DNA of 64,000 bases from Chroococcus sp. CMT-3BRIN-NPC107 (lineage in GTDB: Bacteria; Cyanobacteriota; Cyanobacteriia; Cyanobacteriales; Chroococcidiopsidaceae), in NCBI GenBank assembly GCA_019359635.1, contig JAHHGY010000008.1:6768-70767 (forward strand), given 5' to 3'. This document shows positions 21,641 to 31,917 of this stretch, piece by piece (position 1 is the first letter of the stretch; each line of letters opens with the position of its first letter). The position numbers were made by a program, and so were the translations under genes. Below the pieces are notes generated by a model, which searched no databases, was not told the DNA's origin, and was given only the letters and a program-made list of their open reading frames with translations.

Positions 21641-23869
21641 CTAAGAGTTGGAAAATACTACACCATTAAATATTTTCTGTTGTTCAGGTTTATCTTTGGC
21701 GTAGGCACAAACAACGTTGGCAATTATTGCTAATCCAACTTCTCCAGCTAAACTCATAATTGATTCTGGATGAAACTGTACCGCCGCGATCGGTAAAGTT
21801 TGATGTTCGATGCCCATAATTACATCATCGTCAGAAATTGCCGTTACTTTTAATTCTGGTGGGAGTTTTTGCGGTAGGGCGAATAATGAATGATATCTAC
21901 CTACTTCAAAAGATTCTGGCAAACCCTCAAAAGTCCCAGAGTTTTCATCGGTGACAAAAATCCGCGATGATTTGCCGTGCTGAGGATAGTCTAAAACTCC
22001 AAGTTCTCCGCCGAAAGCTTCGACAATTCCTTGCAAACCCAAACAAACTCCAAAAATTGGCAATTGACGGCTCACGCAAGCTTTTACGGTGTCTGGTACG
22101 CCAAAATCATGAGGTCTACCAGGGCCGGGAGATAGTACAACTAAGTCAGGATCTTCGTCATCTAAGACTGATTCAGCAAAACCATGACGTAAAGTAGTAA
22201 CTGTTGCTCCAGTTTGTCGCAAATAGTTAGCTAAAGTGTGAACGAAAGAATCTTCGTAGTCGATTAGTAAAATGCGCTTGCTTTTGTCTTTAACCTCAGC
22301 TTCGCTAATACCTGCATATTCATTTTTCGGTAAGCTGTTGGTTGCAGTAATTTTGGCACGGCTAATTGTCTCAAATAAAGCGGCGGCTTTGGTTCTAGTT
22401 TCCTGTTCCTCAGCTTCTGCTACAGAATCATAAAGCACCGTGGCCCCTGCTCTAACTTCAGCTATGGAGTCTTTTAGTCTAATTGTGCGTAAGATTAAAC
22501 CTGTATTTAAGTCGCCGTTAAACGTCAAACAGCCTACTGCTCCACCATACCAGCGTCGGACGCTATGCTCGTGCTGTTCTAAAAATTGGATTGCTGCTCG
22601 TTTTGGAGCGCCTGTAACGGTCACTGCCCAAGTATGGGTCAAGAAAGCATCTAAAGCATCAAATTCTGGTCTTAGTAAGCCTTCTACGTGGTCTACGGTG
22701 TGAATTAAGTGGCTGTACAATTCAATTTGTCGCCGTCCAATTACTCTTACCGATCCTGGTTCGCAAATTCTCGATTTATCGTTGCGATCCACATCGGTAC
22801 ACATGGTTAATTCGGCTGCATCTTTGCCAGAATTGAGCAGTAGCAAAATTTGGTCTGCATCATCGATCGCATTCTGTCCTCGGCTAATTGTGCCACTAAT
22901 CGGACAAGTTTCAATTCTTTTACCTTCTACCCTGACAAACATCTCTGGCGATGCGCCAATTAAATACTCTCCGCCCAAGTTGAATATAAAACCGTAAGGG
23001 CTAGGATTGATTTGTTGCAAGGTTTGAAATAACTTACTTGGTACTTCTTCGCAAGCAGTATAAAAGTTTTGACTAGGGACGACTTCAAACAAATCGCCCC
23101 GGCGGAAGTATTCTAAAGCTGTATGTACTTTGCTAGCATATTCGCCGGGTGCGTGGTCAACGTTTCGCTCTACAACGGCGCGATCGCCTCTATAATCGAT
23201 TGCTTCCCCTAGTCTGGGTAATCCGCTTGTAGTTCCGTATTGGCTTTCAAACTCGTACTGCAATAGAAACGCACTTTGCAAGTAGTAATCAACTATAACT
23301 AATTCGTCGGGCAAATATAAAACTAAATCGCGCTGATCTTCTGGTCTAATTTGGGTTTTGGGGACAGATTCAAACTGATAAACTAAGTCGTAGCCATAAG
23401 CGCCGTACAGCCCTAAATGTTCGTCTTCGATGCTATAAAAAGCCTGGAGTATTTCGCGGACGATGCTAAATGCCGATGGTTGTTTGCTGCGTTCTTCTTC
23501 GGCAAATAAGCGATCGCTCTGTGCAATTGAACCAATAATATAAGTTGCTTCTACTGTAACTCTTTCGATTTGGGATTTTTTGGTTAAACGTGCTGCTAGA
23601 AATGGAATTAATACAGCACCGCGTTTGTTTAATGCTTTGATTGTAAAATTGCGATCGCACGTGCTTAATTCCAAAGGTGGGTTTACAAATCCCATCGCCC
23701 ATCTTTTATATCTTCCCGGATATTCGTAACTGCTGCCTAACAATCCTCCCCTTTGAGAGTTTAGACTCCATAAAATATCCTCTAAAGCTGTTTCTAGCTC
23801 TACCTCAGTAACAGTTCTCGATACATTTATTCCGCTTTTTGTTGTATAGCAGTGGGAGTCAAACATCAT
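21641..23869 (-). CDS. trpE: Fused anthranilate synthase TrpE(G)
   Basis: NPSPYGF, GASPEMFV, MCTDVDRND; C-terminal glutaminase SPGPG, GVCLG, QFHPES. Confidence 0.96.
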   Translation of the reverse strand: MMFDSHCYTTKSGINVSRTVTEVELETALEDILWSLNSQRGGLLGSSYEYPGRYKRWAMGFVNPPLELSTCDRNFTIKALNKRGAVLIPFLAARLTKKSQIERVTVEATYIIGSIAQSDRLFAEEERSKQPSAFSIVREILQAFYSIEDEHLGLYGAYGYDLVYQFESVPKTQIRPEDQRDLVLYLPDELVIVDYYLQSAFLLQYEFESQYGTTSGLPRLGEAIDYRGDRAVVERNVDHAPGEYASKVHTALEYFRRGDLFEVVPSQNFYTACEEVPSKLFQTLQQINPSPYGFIFNLGGEYLIGASPEMFVRVEGKRIETCPISGTISRGQNAIDDADQILLLLNSGKDAAELTMCTDVDRNDKSRICEPGSVRVIGRRQIELYSHLIHTVDHVEGLLRPEFDALDAFLTHTWAVTVTGAPKRAAIQFLEQHEHSVRRWYGGAVGCLTFNGDLNTGLILRTIRLKDSIAEVRAGATVLYDSVAEAEEQETRTKAAALFETISRAKITATNSLPKNEYAGISEAEVKDKSKRILLIDYEDSFVHTLANYLRQTGATVTTLRHGFAESVLDDEDPDLVVLSPGPGRPHDFGVPDTVKACVSRQLPIFGVCLGLQGIVEAFGGELGVLDYPQHGKSSRIFVTDENSGTFEGLPESFEVGRYHSLFALPQKLPPELKVTAISDDDVIMGIEHQTLPIAAVQFHPESIMSLAGEVGLAIIANVVCAYAKDKPEQQKIFNGVVFSNS

Positions 23870-24426
23870 AGAAATTTTCTCACAGTTTTACTGCTTAAGT
23901 TGTTGGCGATTGTGTTTTTACAAAGACTGATCTAATTACACATTTTTTGCTCAATTTAGTGCTTAAAATGCCTATACTTAGTACTTAAAAATAATTACTC
24001 TTAATCTAGATTATTATTTGGGCTAACAGTCTTGAAACTTTCTTATAGCAACGAATCTATTTAGCAATCTTTTTGATATTAGAGTGTCTATAAAATCGCT
24101 GCTCTCTTTGTTAGAGTAATTGATGTTGACAAGCATTCACAATGAATTTTCTTTTGATTGACTAATCAATTATTTTGATGTTGAAAAAACCATCGTTTGT
24201 TTGGGCTTTTTCAATCTATTTCTTGAGTTAGATTCAATTTAAAAAATAGCTATAAATTTAACGATATATACTTCTACATCTCTCTCTAGTAAGATTTTAT
24301 TTATTAGGTTAAGCTTGCTCTAACAATAGTTTCAAGCTTTATCTGTAAATTGTTTGTCTTAATTTATACGAGTAATTATAATTGAATTATAAGAAACAGA
24401 TAATTTTCTGCAATACCAATTACTAA

Positions 24427-25797
24427 TTATTTTGTAAGATGTTGAAGAATCAAGTTGCAAACATCGGTAGCTGCAATAGTATTTACCTTTAGCAAATTAG
24501 TTTTTTGAGTAATAAATATTGGTTCTTCTTGAGGAGAAACATTAATTGCCCCATGAGAGCCACGTACTAAAGTAGCATCCATTGGTATAACATCCATTAA
24601 GTAGCGAAAACCTAGCTTTTTCTGTAACAGTTTTAACCCAACTTTAACTTTAGGTAATTTGATTTGTGGATTGATAAATAGTTCCACCGGATCGTAGCCT
24701 GGCTTGCGGTGAATATCCACAGTAGAGGCAAAATCCGGTGCTAAAGAATCGTTTAACCAATAATAATAAGTAAACCAACTATTCGGTGCAGCGATCGCTA
24801 CCAATTCTCCAGAACGCGAATGATTGAGATGGTAAGCTGTTTTATCATCTTCTAAAACCTGTGCCACACCTGGAGTTGATTCTAAGATATCTTTGACTTT
24901 AGGTATATAAGTGCGATCGCTTACGTATATGTGAGCAACTTGGTGATCTGCAACCGCAAAAGCCGAACTTGCACCAGGATCGAGCAATTCGCGCCCCAAT
25001 TCTTCCCTGATGGCTAATAAACCATTTTCCCGCAACACGCGGTTTAAGTGGACTGGTTGCGAAACATCAGTAATACCGTACTCTGATAAGACAATAACCT
25101 CAGCATTTCGATCTTCGTAGTAAGCAATCAAATCGCCACAAATAGCGTCAATTTCTTGCAAATCTTTGTGGATTTGGCTGTTTTTAGTGCCAAGACGTTG
25201 TAAGCAGTAATCTAGGTGAGGTAAATAAACCAAAGTTAGTGTCGGATTGTAGCGTTCTTCCGTCCATTTAGCACTATCTGCAATCCATTTACTAGAGGCG
25301 ATAGTAGTGTTAGGGCCCCAAAAATTGAATAAAGGAAATTGACCTAAATCTTTGGTAAGATGCGATCGCATTTCCCCAGGTTGAGTATAGATATCGGGAA
25401 TTTTTTGACCATCGGCGGGATACATAGGACGCGGCGTAACAGCGTAATCCACCGAGGAGTACATATTGTACCACCAGAACAAGTTAGCACAGGTAAAGGA
25501 TGAATCGAGCGATCGCGCCAGATCCCAGATTTTAGGCGCTTGGACTAATTTGTTAGACTGTCGCCAAAACTTTACTTCACACTCATCGCGGAAATACCAG
25601 CCATTTGCTACAATTCCGTGTTCGTCGGGTAATTTACCAGTTAAATAAGTTGCTTGCGCTGTACAAGTAACTGCTGGGAGGACGGGTTTGATGTTGGCTA
25701 ATTGTCCATTTTTTGCCCAACGGGATAAATGAGGGGTGTGTTCTCCGAGTAAGCTAGGTGTTAAACCGACTACGTTTAAAACAACTGTCTTTTTCAT
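24427..25797 (-). CDS. eboF: EboF, alkaline phosphatase/nucleotide pyrophosphatase family
   Basis: VLNVVGLT, PAVTCTAQATYLTG, YLPHLDY, VDIHRKPGYDP, RGSHG; ebo context. Confidence 0.88.
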   Translation of the reverse strand: MKKTVVLNVVGLTPSLLGEHTPHLSRWAKNGQLANIKPVLPAVTCTAQATYLTGKLPDEHGIVANGWYFRDECEVKFWRQSNKLVQAPKIWDLARSLDSSFTCANLFWWYNMYSSVDYAVTPRPMYPADGQKIPDIYTQPGEMRSHLTKDLGQFPLFNFWGPNTTIASSKWIADSAKWTEERYNPTLTLVYLPHLDYCLQRLGTKNSQIHKDLQEIDAICGDLIAYYEDRNAEVIVLSEYGITDVSQPVHLNRVLRENGLLAIREELGRELLDPGASSAFAVADHQVAHIYVSDRTYIPKVKDILESTPGVAQVLEDDKTAYHLNHSRSGELVAIAAPNSWFTYYYWLNDSLAPDFASTVDIHRKPGYDPVELFINPQIKLPKVKVGLKLLQKKLGFRYLMDVIPMDATLVRGSHGAINVSPQEEPIFITQKTNLLKVNTIAATDVCNLILQHLTK

Positions 25798-25927
25798 AGA
25801 GTTTTAGTTAGAGGTAGTTTGAGGGGGTATTGGTTGTGTTGCGATGTGGGGAAACTCCCCTAAAAAAGGGGAAAATATTTTTCGTTAACAAAAAGGCGAA
25901 AGTAGGTTTTTAAGCAGCGATTGTAGA

Positions 25928-27148
25928 CTACGGTTGAATTGCTAAACCTTTTTCTAATACCCACTCATATTCTCTTTGGATAGATGCTAGTAAATCGATT
26001 TTCATTTCTTGGGGTAAAACATCCCAAGTATAGGTTTCAATTTCTAGATGCTGACAAACAGGATTTGCTTGAAGTAGTTGCAAAACTCCCACAATATCGT
26101 CTTGGGTAGACTGTAAAACTTGATAATCATGGATGAAAATGGGAACGTGAAAATGAGTTCGCCACTCTTTAGCTTTTGACTGTTCTAGATGCGGTAAAGC
26201 CGTAACTAAATCAGGGTAATGATGTAATGAACCATCAAAGTTGCGTTCAATTACTTGATGTAGGTAAGTAGATTCAGCAAAAGGACGCAACCGTTCTAGT
26301 AAAACACTTCTATCTAGAGGTAAAGCCGTTTGGATGGCTGCACTTAGTTGAATTTTGCCGATTTTAATGCCAGAGTCTTGAAAACGAGCAAAAACGGTAG
26401 CGGGGTTTTCGTATTCTACTGCAAAATGACAAGTATCGTAGCAAATACGGATATGTTCGAGGAGTTGTGCTTCCGCCAATTCTGTAGAGATATTTAATAA
26501 TTGGGCTAGATGTGCGCCGCCAATGGGGAGTAACCATTTAGTAAAAAAATCGATTACTTCTAGCGAATTTTCAATTAAACCATCGGGTTCGGGTTCGATG
26601 TCTAGATGTATGAGTTTCCCAGTTTGCTGACGAATTGTAACTAATTCGGCGGTGAGAGAAACAAGATAAAGGCAGCTAGAATTAAAGATGTGATTTTCAG
26701 CAGTGCGATCGCCTTTCCACCAAGGTTTGTAAGATAAAGGTAAAGTAGAAATTCCGCCTTCAACGCCTTGGGGTAATAAAGCAGCGAGAATTTTGGTTAA
26801 GTTTAGAGTGTAAGTTAATCTTTCAGGTTTAGACCAATCGGGCGCATAGACTCCATCTTTGACAACCTGGTGATGAAACCCGCCGTAAGGAAAGCCATTA
26901 AGAGTAAAGACATACAAATCTTGTTTTGTTAACCAGGATTGAAATTGAGTTAAATTATCTCCCTCTAATAGTTCTTTTGCAGCAATATTTGCTAAACGCA
27001 GTCCAATACCAAAAGAGTTGTCTGGAGATAAGCGCGACTTGAGAACAGGAATATATTGTTTTAAGTTGGCAAAAACTTCGTGCCAATCTTCACCAGGATG
27101 AATATTAGTACAGTAAGTTAAATGGATATTGTCTTTACCAATTTGCAT
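25928..27148 (-). CDS. eboE: EboE, TIM-barrel (xylose isomerase-like) metabolite traffic protein
   Basis: LTYCTNIHPGE, TLNGFPYGGFH, EPEPDG, CYDTCHFAVEYE, WRTHFHVP, LEIETYTW. Confidence 0.92.
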   Translation of the reverse strand: MQIGKDNIHLTYCTNIHPGEDWHEVFANLKQYIPVLKSRLSPDNSFGIGLRLANIAAKELLEGDNLTQFQSWLTKQDLYVFTLNGFPYGGFHHQVVKDGVYAPDWSKPERLTYTLNLTKILAALLPQGVEGGISTLPLSYKPWWKGDRTAENHIFNSSCLYLVSLTAELVTIRQQTGKLIHLDIEPEPDGLIENSLEVIDFFTKWLLPIGGAHLAQLLNISTELAEAQLLEHIRICYDTCHFAVEYENPATVFARFQDSGIKIGKIQLSAAIQTALPLDRSVLLERLRPFAESTYLHQVIERNFDGSLHHYPDLVTALPHLEQSKAKEWRTHFHVPIFIHDYQVLQSTQDDIVGVLQLLQANPVCQHLEIETYTWDVLPQEMKIDLLASIQREYEWVLEKGLAIQP

Positions 27149-27262
27149 AAGTTTTATTGAAATCGTAAATAAAGATGTTCAATCATGCACGTGATGTGGG
27201 TTCGATACTAGGAGCGTAATTTTTTGCGTCCATACCGACCAATTTTTATTAAAAATTCAAAA

Positions 27263-27309
27263 AAAGCAGATTAAACTGTCAACAATTCTCCAACAGCATC
27301 CCAATATAT
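27263..27309 (-). repeat. Diverged duplicate of the eboD 3' end
   Basis: 41/47 identical to 27438-27484; encodes IYWDAVGELLTV* versus IYWDAIRELLAV*. Confidence 0.8.
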
Positions 27310-27366
27310 TAAAAGACTAGGCTACAACACCGAGAACTAGGTCTATTGCTAAAACCTACCGAGCTT

Positions 27367-27425
27367 AAAGACAAGACCTTTTGCAGGGGGTTTGGGGGGC
27401 AGACCCCCCAATTCTTGGTTTTTCT
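27367..27425 (+). repeat. G-rich dispersed repeat, copy 2
   Basis: aagacaagaccttttgcagggggtttggggggcagaccccccaattcttggtttttct, with internal hairpin ttgggggg-caga-ccccccaa. Confidence 0.75.
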
Positions 27426-27445
27426 TCAAAATTTAGCAAAGCAGA

Positions 27446-28639
27446 TCAAACTGCCAACAATTCCCTGATAGCATCCCAATATATAGACACATCAACCTCA
27501 TGCACCTCAACCCCTTGCCCAATACCTTGCAACAACATCAAAGTAAGTTCACCGCCTAAGTGTTCTCTAAACTCCGTCAACCCTGCAAGCAAACATCGAG
27601 AAGAAGGAGGAGAATTGAGTTGTTCGGCAAGTTCTGGAACAGATAGAGTAAAACCAACAGCCTTAAGGGTATTAATAATTTGTTTCCACTCAGTTTTTGA
27701 TAGCAGCCCAGACAAGTAAGAATAAGTGCTATCTAAAGCAATCCCAATAGCTACGGCCTCCCCATGTCGCAAGCGAAAATCAGTTAATTGCTCTAACTTA
27801 TGGGCTGCCCAGTGACCAAAATCGAGAGGACGAGAAGAACCAGATTCAAAAGCATCGCCGCTAGTAGCAATATGTTCTAAATGCAACTGAGCGCAACGGT
27901 AAATCAATTGCTGCATAGATTCCATATCTCGCTGCGCCAAGTTTTTCGCATTAGACAAGATAAATTCAAAGAAATCCAAGTCTTTAATTAAAGCTACCTT
28001 AATTCCTTCAGCAATGCCCGATCGCCAATCGCGATCGCTCAATGTAGTCAAAAAGTCAAAATCATTTAAAACAGAGTAAGGCGGGGCAAAACTGCCTAAA
28101 AAGTTCTTTTTACCAAAAGCATTAATCCCATTTTTTACCCCTACGGCCGAATCATTTTGCGCCAATACCGTTGTGGGAATGCGAATTAGTCGTATACCCC
28201 GATGTGCTGTAGCGGCGGCGTAACCTACCATATCTAACACCGCGCCACCACCAATTGCTAAAACGTAGGAATGACGACACAACCCGACTTTACTAATAAC
28301 TTCGTGAATATCAGTTAATAATTGCGGATCGTTCTTAGCAGCCTCTCCCCCAGGAACTACAATCGGTTCGGTAGCTAAAGTTAGTACCTCACTATAAAAA
28401 TTAGTGTAGTCGGCGATTTGGGCAAGTAGGTGGGGATGATGTTCAATTAAACCAGAATCGACAATTGCGATCGCTCTTTTTGTTTCGCCACCATCGGCAA
28501 CAATCGTTTGCGCTAGTAAAGGATTTCCTATTTGAAATAAACCGTTTGTAAACAGCACATCATAACGAAAACTAACCGGAACACATTGCTGAATTGGTTT
28601 TAGAGTGTAAGAGATTTTTGATTTAGTGTTAGTTACCAT
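27446..28639 (-). CDS. eboD: EboD, 3-dehydroquinate synthase-like sugar-phosphate cyclase
   Basis: IGGGAVLD, PTTVLAQNDS, KNGIN, RPLDFGHWAAHKLE, LRHGEAVAIG; start placed at MVTNTK (28639). Confidence 0.88.
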   Translation of the reverse strand: MVTNTKSKISYTLKPIQQCVPVSFRYDVLFTNGLFQIGNPLLAQTIVADGGETKRAIAIVDSGLIEHHPHLLAQIADYTNFYSEVLTLATEPIVVPGGEAAKNDPQLLTDIHEVISKVGLCRHSYVLAIGGGAVLDMVGYAAATAHRGIRLIRIPTTVLAQNDSAVGVKNGINAFGKKNFLGSFAPPYSVLNDFDFLTTLSDRDWRSGIAEGIKVALIKDLDFFEFILSNAKNLAQRDMESMQQLIYRCAQLHLEHIATSGDAFESGSSRPLDFGHWAAHKLEQLTDFRLRHGEAVAIGIALDSTYSYLSGLLSKTEWKQIINTLKAVGFTLSVPELAEQLNSPPSSRCLLAGLTEFREHLGGELTLMLLQGIGQGVEVHEVDVSIYWDAIRELLAV

Positions 28640-28655
28640 AGTTATTAAATAATTT

Positions 28656-29285
28656 CTATAAAGATGCGGAAAATTCTGGCTGCATTGCTTGGACAAATAC
28701 ATCTACCGACTGCGAACCACTGATGCTAACTTTGTTGTTGATGACAAAAAACGGCACGCTGCTTATACCTCGCTCTCTTGCCGCTTTTGCTTCTTCCCTA
28801 ACTTCAGCTAATGCCGCATCGCTAGTTAATTGCTGCTTTAGTTTACTTTCATCAAAGCCAAAACCTTTACCCAGACGAACTAAAACATCAATATCGCCAA
28901 TATTTAACCCATCTTCAAAGTAAGCTTTATAGACGGCTTCGACAATGACGTTTTTATGGGTTTTTGGTGTTAGGGCAATAAGTCGATGAGAAAGCGTTGT
29001 ATTTACAGCTAATAAAACCTTGTCAAAATCTAGCTTTACGCCAGCCTTTGCGCCAGATTGAGTTGCATAGTCAAATAGTTGCGTTAATTGATTTGCACCT
29101 ATACCTTTTCGCAGCTTCATAAATGAGCGAAACCCAACACCTTCAGCAGGAATCGTGTCGTCTAAAAGAAAAGGATGCCAACGTATATCTATTGTCTCTC
29201 CTATTAGCGCGATCGCATCAAACAGTTGTTTTTTGCCAATCCGACACCAAGGACAAGCCGTATCGTGAAAAATGTCAATTAACAT
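28656..29285 (-). CDS. DsbA/FrnE-family thioredoxin-fold oxidoreductase
   Basis: DTACPWCRIG (CxxC), GISSVPFF cis-Pro loop, SGSQ; no signal peptide. Confidence 0.88.
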   Translation of the reverse strand: MLIDIFHDTACPWCRIGKKQLFDAIALIGETIDIRWHPFLLDDTIPAEGVGFRSFMKLRKGIGANQLTQLFDYATQSGAKAGVKLDFDKVLLAVNTTLSHRLIALTPKTHKNVIVEAVYKAYFEDGLNIGDIDVLVRLGKGFGFDESKLKQQLTSDAALAEVREEAKAARERGISSVPFFVINNKVSISGSQSVDVFVQAMQPEFSASL

Positions 29286-29288
29286 GAT

Positions 29289-30191
29289 TTAAGTTACAGC
29301 AAATACTTTTGCTAAAGCTATAGAAACAATAGACAAACCCAGCACCACTAAACCGTAGAAAAAGCCAGCAAAACCCGCCGCCATACTCGCATCTAAGATA
29401 ATTAGCGACAAAACCCCAGCTTTTACAGCTTTACGGATAATATCGGCACTAGGAACTTGCATGGCAGCAATAAAAGGTGGAAATACTCGCCAACTTAATA
29501 ATGCTAGAAATGGTAAAACTGCAAAAATATAGTAATTGGGCAGAAATACTAAAGCTAAAACTCCACCGAGAGCGATCGCAAGTAATACTAAAGCTAGTTT
29601 CCCCGTGCTACTTTTGCCGCCATGTACTTCGCCGCGACTAATGGCTGTAACTGCGGCAATATAAAAAATAGGAATGAGTGCTAAAAACCATAGTTTCCCA
29701 ACCATTGTAGGAATTGCACTCACGCCCAAAAGTAAATTGCCACCACGACAAAGACCCATATTTATAGGACTTGCGATCGCATTGTGTTTGTTCCAGGCAT
29801 CGTAAATTATTGCCCCGATTGCCACAAATACCGCAATTTCCGCACTTAGTAAGGAAACTTGAGCCGCCGCCAATACGCCTACAGTTAGTAGTAAAATCCC
29901 TAAAATAGTTGCGCCAAGTATAGATGCTTTACCTGTCGGAATCGGTCTTTCCGGGCGTTCTACGGCATCTAACTTAGCATCAAAAACATCGTTAAATACT
30001 ACACCGCCGCCATAAAGCCCTGTTGTAGCCAGGATTAACCAAGCTAAGGGAATATCTATTATTGCACCAGAAGCCGCAAAACCTGTAAGAATATCTGCCC
30101 AAGCTGTAACAATATTTGCTGGGCGCATTGTTTGCAAATATGCCCAAATACGAGTATTTAGACGGTAATTTGGCTTTAATAAAGTAGTCAT
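29289..30191 (-). CDS. eboC: EboC, UbiA-family prenyltransferase
   Basis: MRPANIVTAWAD, NDVFDAKLDAVERPERPIP; multiple TM helices. Confidence 0.92.
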   Translation of the reverse strand: MTTLLKPNYRLNTRIWAYLQTMRPANIVTAWADILTGFAASGAIIDIPLAWLILATTGLYGGGVVFNDVFDAKLDAVERPERPIPTGKASILGATILGILLLTVGVLAAAQVSLLSAEIAVFVAIGAIIYDAWNKHNAIASPINMGLCRGGNLLLGVSAIPTMVGKLWFLALIPIFYIAAVTAISRGEVHGGKSSTGKLALVLLAIALGGVLALVFLPNYYIFAVLPFLALLSWRVFPPFIAAMQVPSADIIRKAVKAGVLSLIILDASMAAGFAGFFYGLVVLGLSIVSIALAKVFAVT

Positions 30192-30200
30192 TTGTTACCT

Positions 30201-31106
30201 TTACTCAATTAAGGCGTAATTATTCACCGTTTCTACTAATGGCTCTTGTCCGCGCAATACAGAATTGTCATTAAAAGATTGACGTTGGTCGATAGGCTGA
30301 GGGGTTAACCAGTCAGATTCTTTCATTTGTCCGCTTTGGCTGTAAGCAGTTAAAGCATTTTTGTAGCAAACAGTGTTGACATAATCGGCAGAGATGCCTC
30401 GATCTAACATTAATTGAGCCGTTTTTGGTACTGCCAGAGGGTCGCTAATGCCCCAATCAGCGCTGCTATCAACAATAATGTGATCGCACCCGTACTGACG
30501 CACAACTTCCACCATCCGCGCGTTACCCATCTTTGTATGAGGATAAATTGTAAAGGCTGCCCAAAAACCTCTATCTAAAACTTCTTTGACTGTTTCCTCG
30601 TTATTGTGGTCAATAATTACCTTAGTAGGATCTACCCCATGCTCGACTACAACATCCATACTCCGGCTAGTTCCAGCTTTTTTATTGCGATGGGGGGTGT
30701 GAATTAACACCACCATATCTAATTCTTTAGCTAGTTCTAGCTGCGCTCGAAAACATTTATCTTCAGCCTCTGTCATGTCATCGTAGCCAATCTCGCCAAT
30801 GGCAACAACACCCTCTTTACAAGCAAATAAGGGCAGCAATTCTAATACTTCTGTCGCCAAAGCTTCGTTATTTGCTTCTTTAGGATTTAAACCAATAGTG
30901 CAGTAATGTTGAATCCCAAATTGCGCCGAACGAAAACGTTCCCAACCTACCAAGCTACTAAAATAGTCTTGAAAAGATCCGGCATTAGTGCGGGGTTGTC
31001 CTAGCCAAAAAGCAGGCTCAATTACCGCCACAATGCCTGATTCGCGCATAATCAAATAATCGTAAGTTGTCCGCGCGGTCATGTGAATATGAGGATCGAT
31101 AAACAT
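30201..31106 (-). CDS. eboB: EboB, TatD-family hydrolase
   Basis: MFIDPHIHM, IEPAFWLGQPR, GEIGYD, IHTPH, IIDHNNE, DSSADWG; start placed at 31106. Confidence 0.9.
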   Translation of the reverse strand: MFIDPHIHMTARTTYDYLIMRESGIVAVIEPAFWLGQPRTNAGSFQDYFSSLVGWERFRSAQFGIQHYCTIGLNPKEANNEALATEVLELLPLFACKEGVVAIGEIGYDDMTEAEDKCFRAQLELAKELDMVVLIHTPHRNKKAGTSRSMDVVVEHGVDPTKVIIDHNNEETVKEVLDRGFWAAFTIYPHTKMGNARMVEVVRQYGCDHIIVDSSADWGISDPLAVPKTAQLMLDRGISADYVNTVCYKNALTAYSQSGQMKESDWLTPQPIDQRQSFNDNSVLRGQEPLVETVNNYALIE

Positions 31107-31111
31107 AGTTA

Positions 31112-31810
31112 TTATTTTTTTGCTTTTATAACTTCTACTAATTGCCAAAGTTCTGGCGATACAGTGCGATTAGCCGCCAATCTTTCGTTGGCATAATCGG
31201 TTAACATTTGAGCTAGAGTTAGATTAGCGCGGAGTTCCAAGCCTTGAATATGCCGCAAAGAACTACCCACAAATAGCGCTTTAAGTACCATTTGATTCCA
31301 GGCCAATTCGTCAAAATAATCTTGGGGATAGGGGTTGTATGATGCGATCGCATTAAATACCGGAATCATGTTACTCCGCACCCCTTCTGTTGCCCGAAAC
31401 CGATACTGTTCTGGGTATGGTAATAAAGGCAATGCTTGATAAAGGGCGACTAATTCCCCCATATCGGCGGTAGTAAAAAGCTGCTCTAAAACTTGTAAAT
31501 ATTCTTGAGCGTTATTGTGAGGCAGCGCCAGTAATAGTAAAGTTCGGGCGGTTTGTTCGCTATTCCAGAGTTGAGGATGCCAATACGATCGCATTTCTTG
31601 GGCGGCTTGCAATTGTTCCGTTGTTAGCGATAACTTTTCTTTGCCCACGTAGCGAGGTACGGCGCTAAAAGATGTAAAAAATACTCTTTTGGCTGCACCC
31701 TCAGCAATAAGTTGACATTTGCTATCCAGCCAAGCCAAACCTTCATTGGTTGTATGCTGTGCAACCCAACTACGGAGTAAATCGGACTTATTGGCGATCG
31801 CAATTTTCAT
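31112..31810 (-). CDS. eboA: EboA family protein
   Basis: ELVALYQALPLL, ATEGVRSN, NPYPQDYFDELAWNQMVLKALF, YANERLAANRTV. Confidence 0.9.
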   Translation of the reverse strand: MKIAIANKSDLLRSWVAQHTTNEGLAWLDSKCQLIAEGAAKRVFFTSFSAVPRYVGKEKLSLTTEQLQAAQEMRSYWHPQLWNSEQTARTLLLLALPHNNAQEYLQVLEQLFTTADMGELVALYQALPLLPYPEQYRFRATEGVRSNMIPVFNAIASYNPYPQDYFDELAWNQMVLKALFVGSSLRHIQGLELRANLTLAQMLTDYANERLAANRTVSPELWQLVEVIKAKK

Positions 31811-31917
31811 TGAATTACCTTAAATTACTAAAGCGGTCACTGTTTCAGCGCGTCCAAGCTAAAGCACTAATTTTTATTCGCAGAAAAATTAGTGTTTTAT
31901 TGACTAAAGCTCAATTT

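Noticed and set aside
27446-28639. Calling this gene housekeeping aroB or a mycosporine DDG synthase
   Set aside because: Its position within eboABC-DEF and motifs fit EboD; no O-methyltransferase or ATP-grasp mycosporine genes are adjacent
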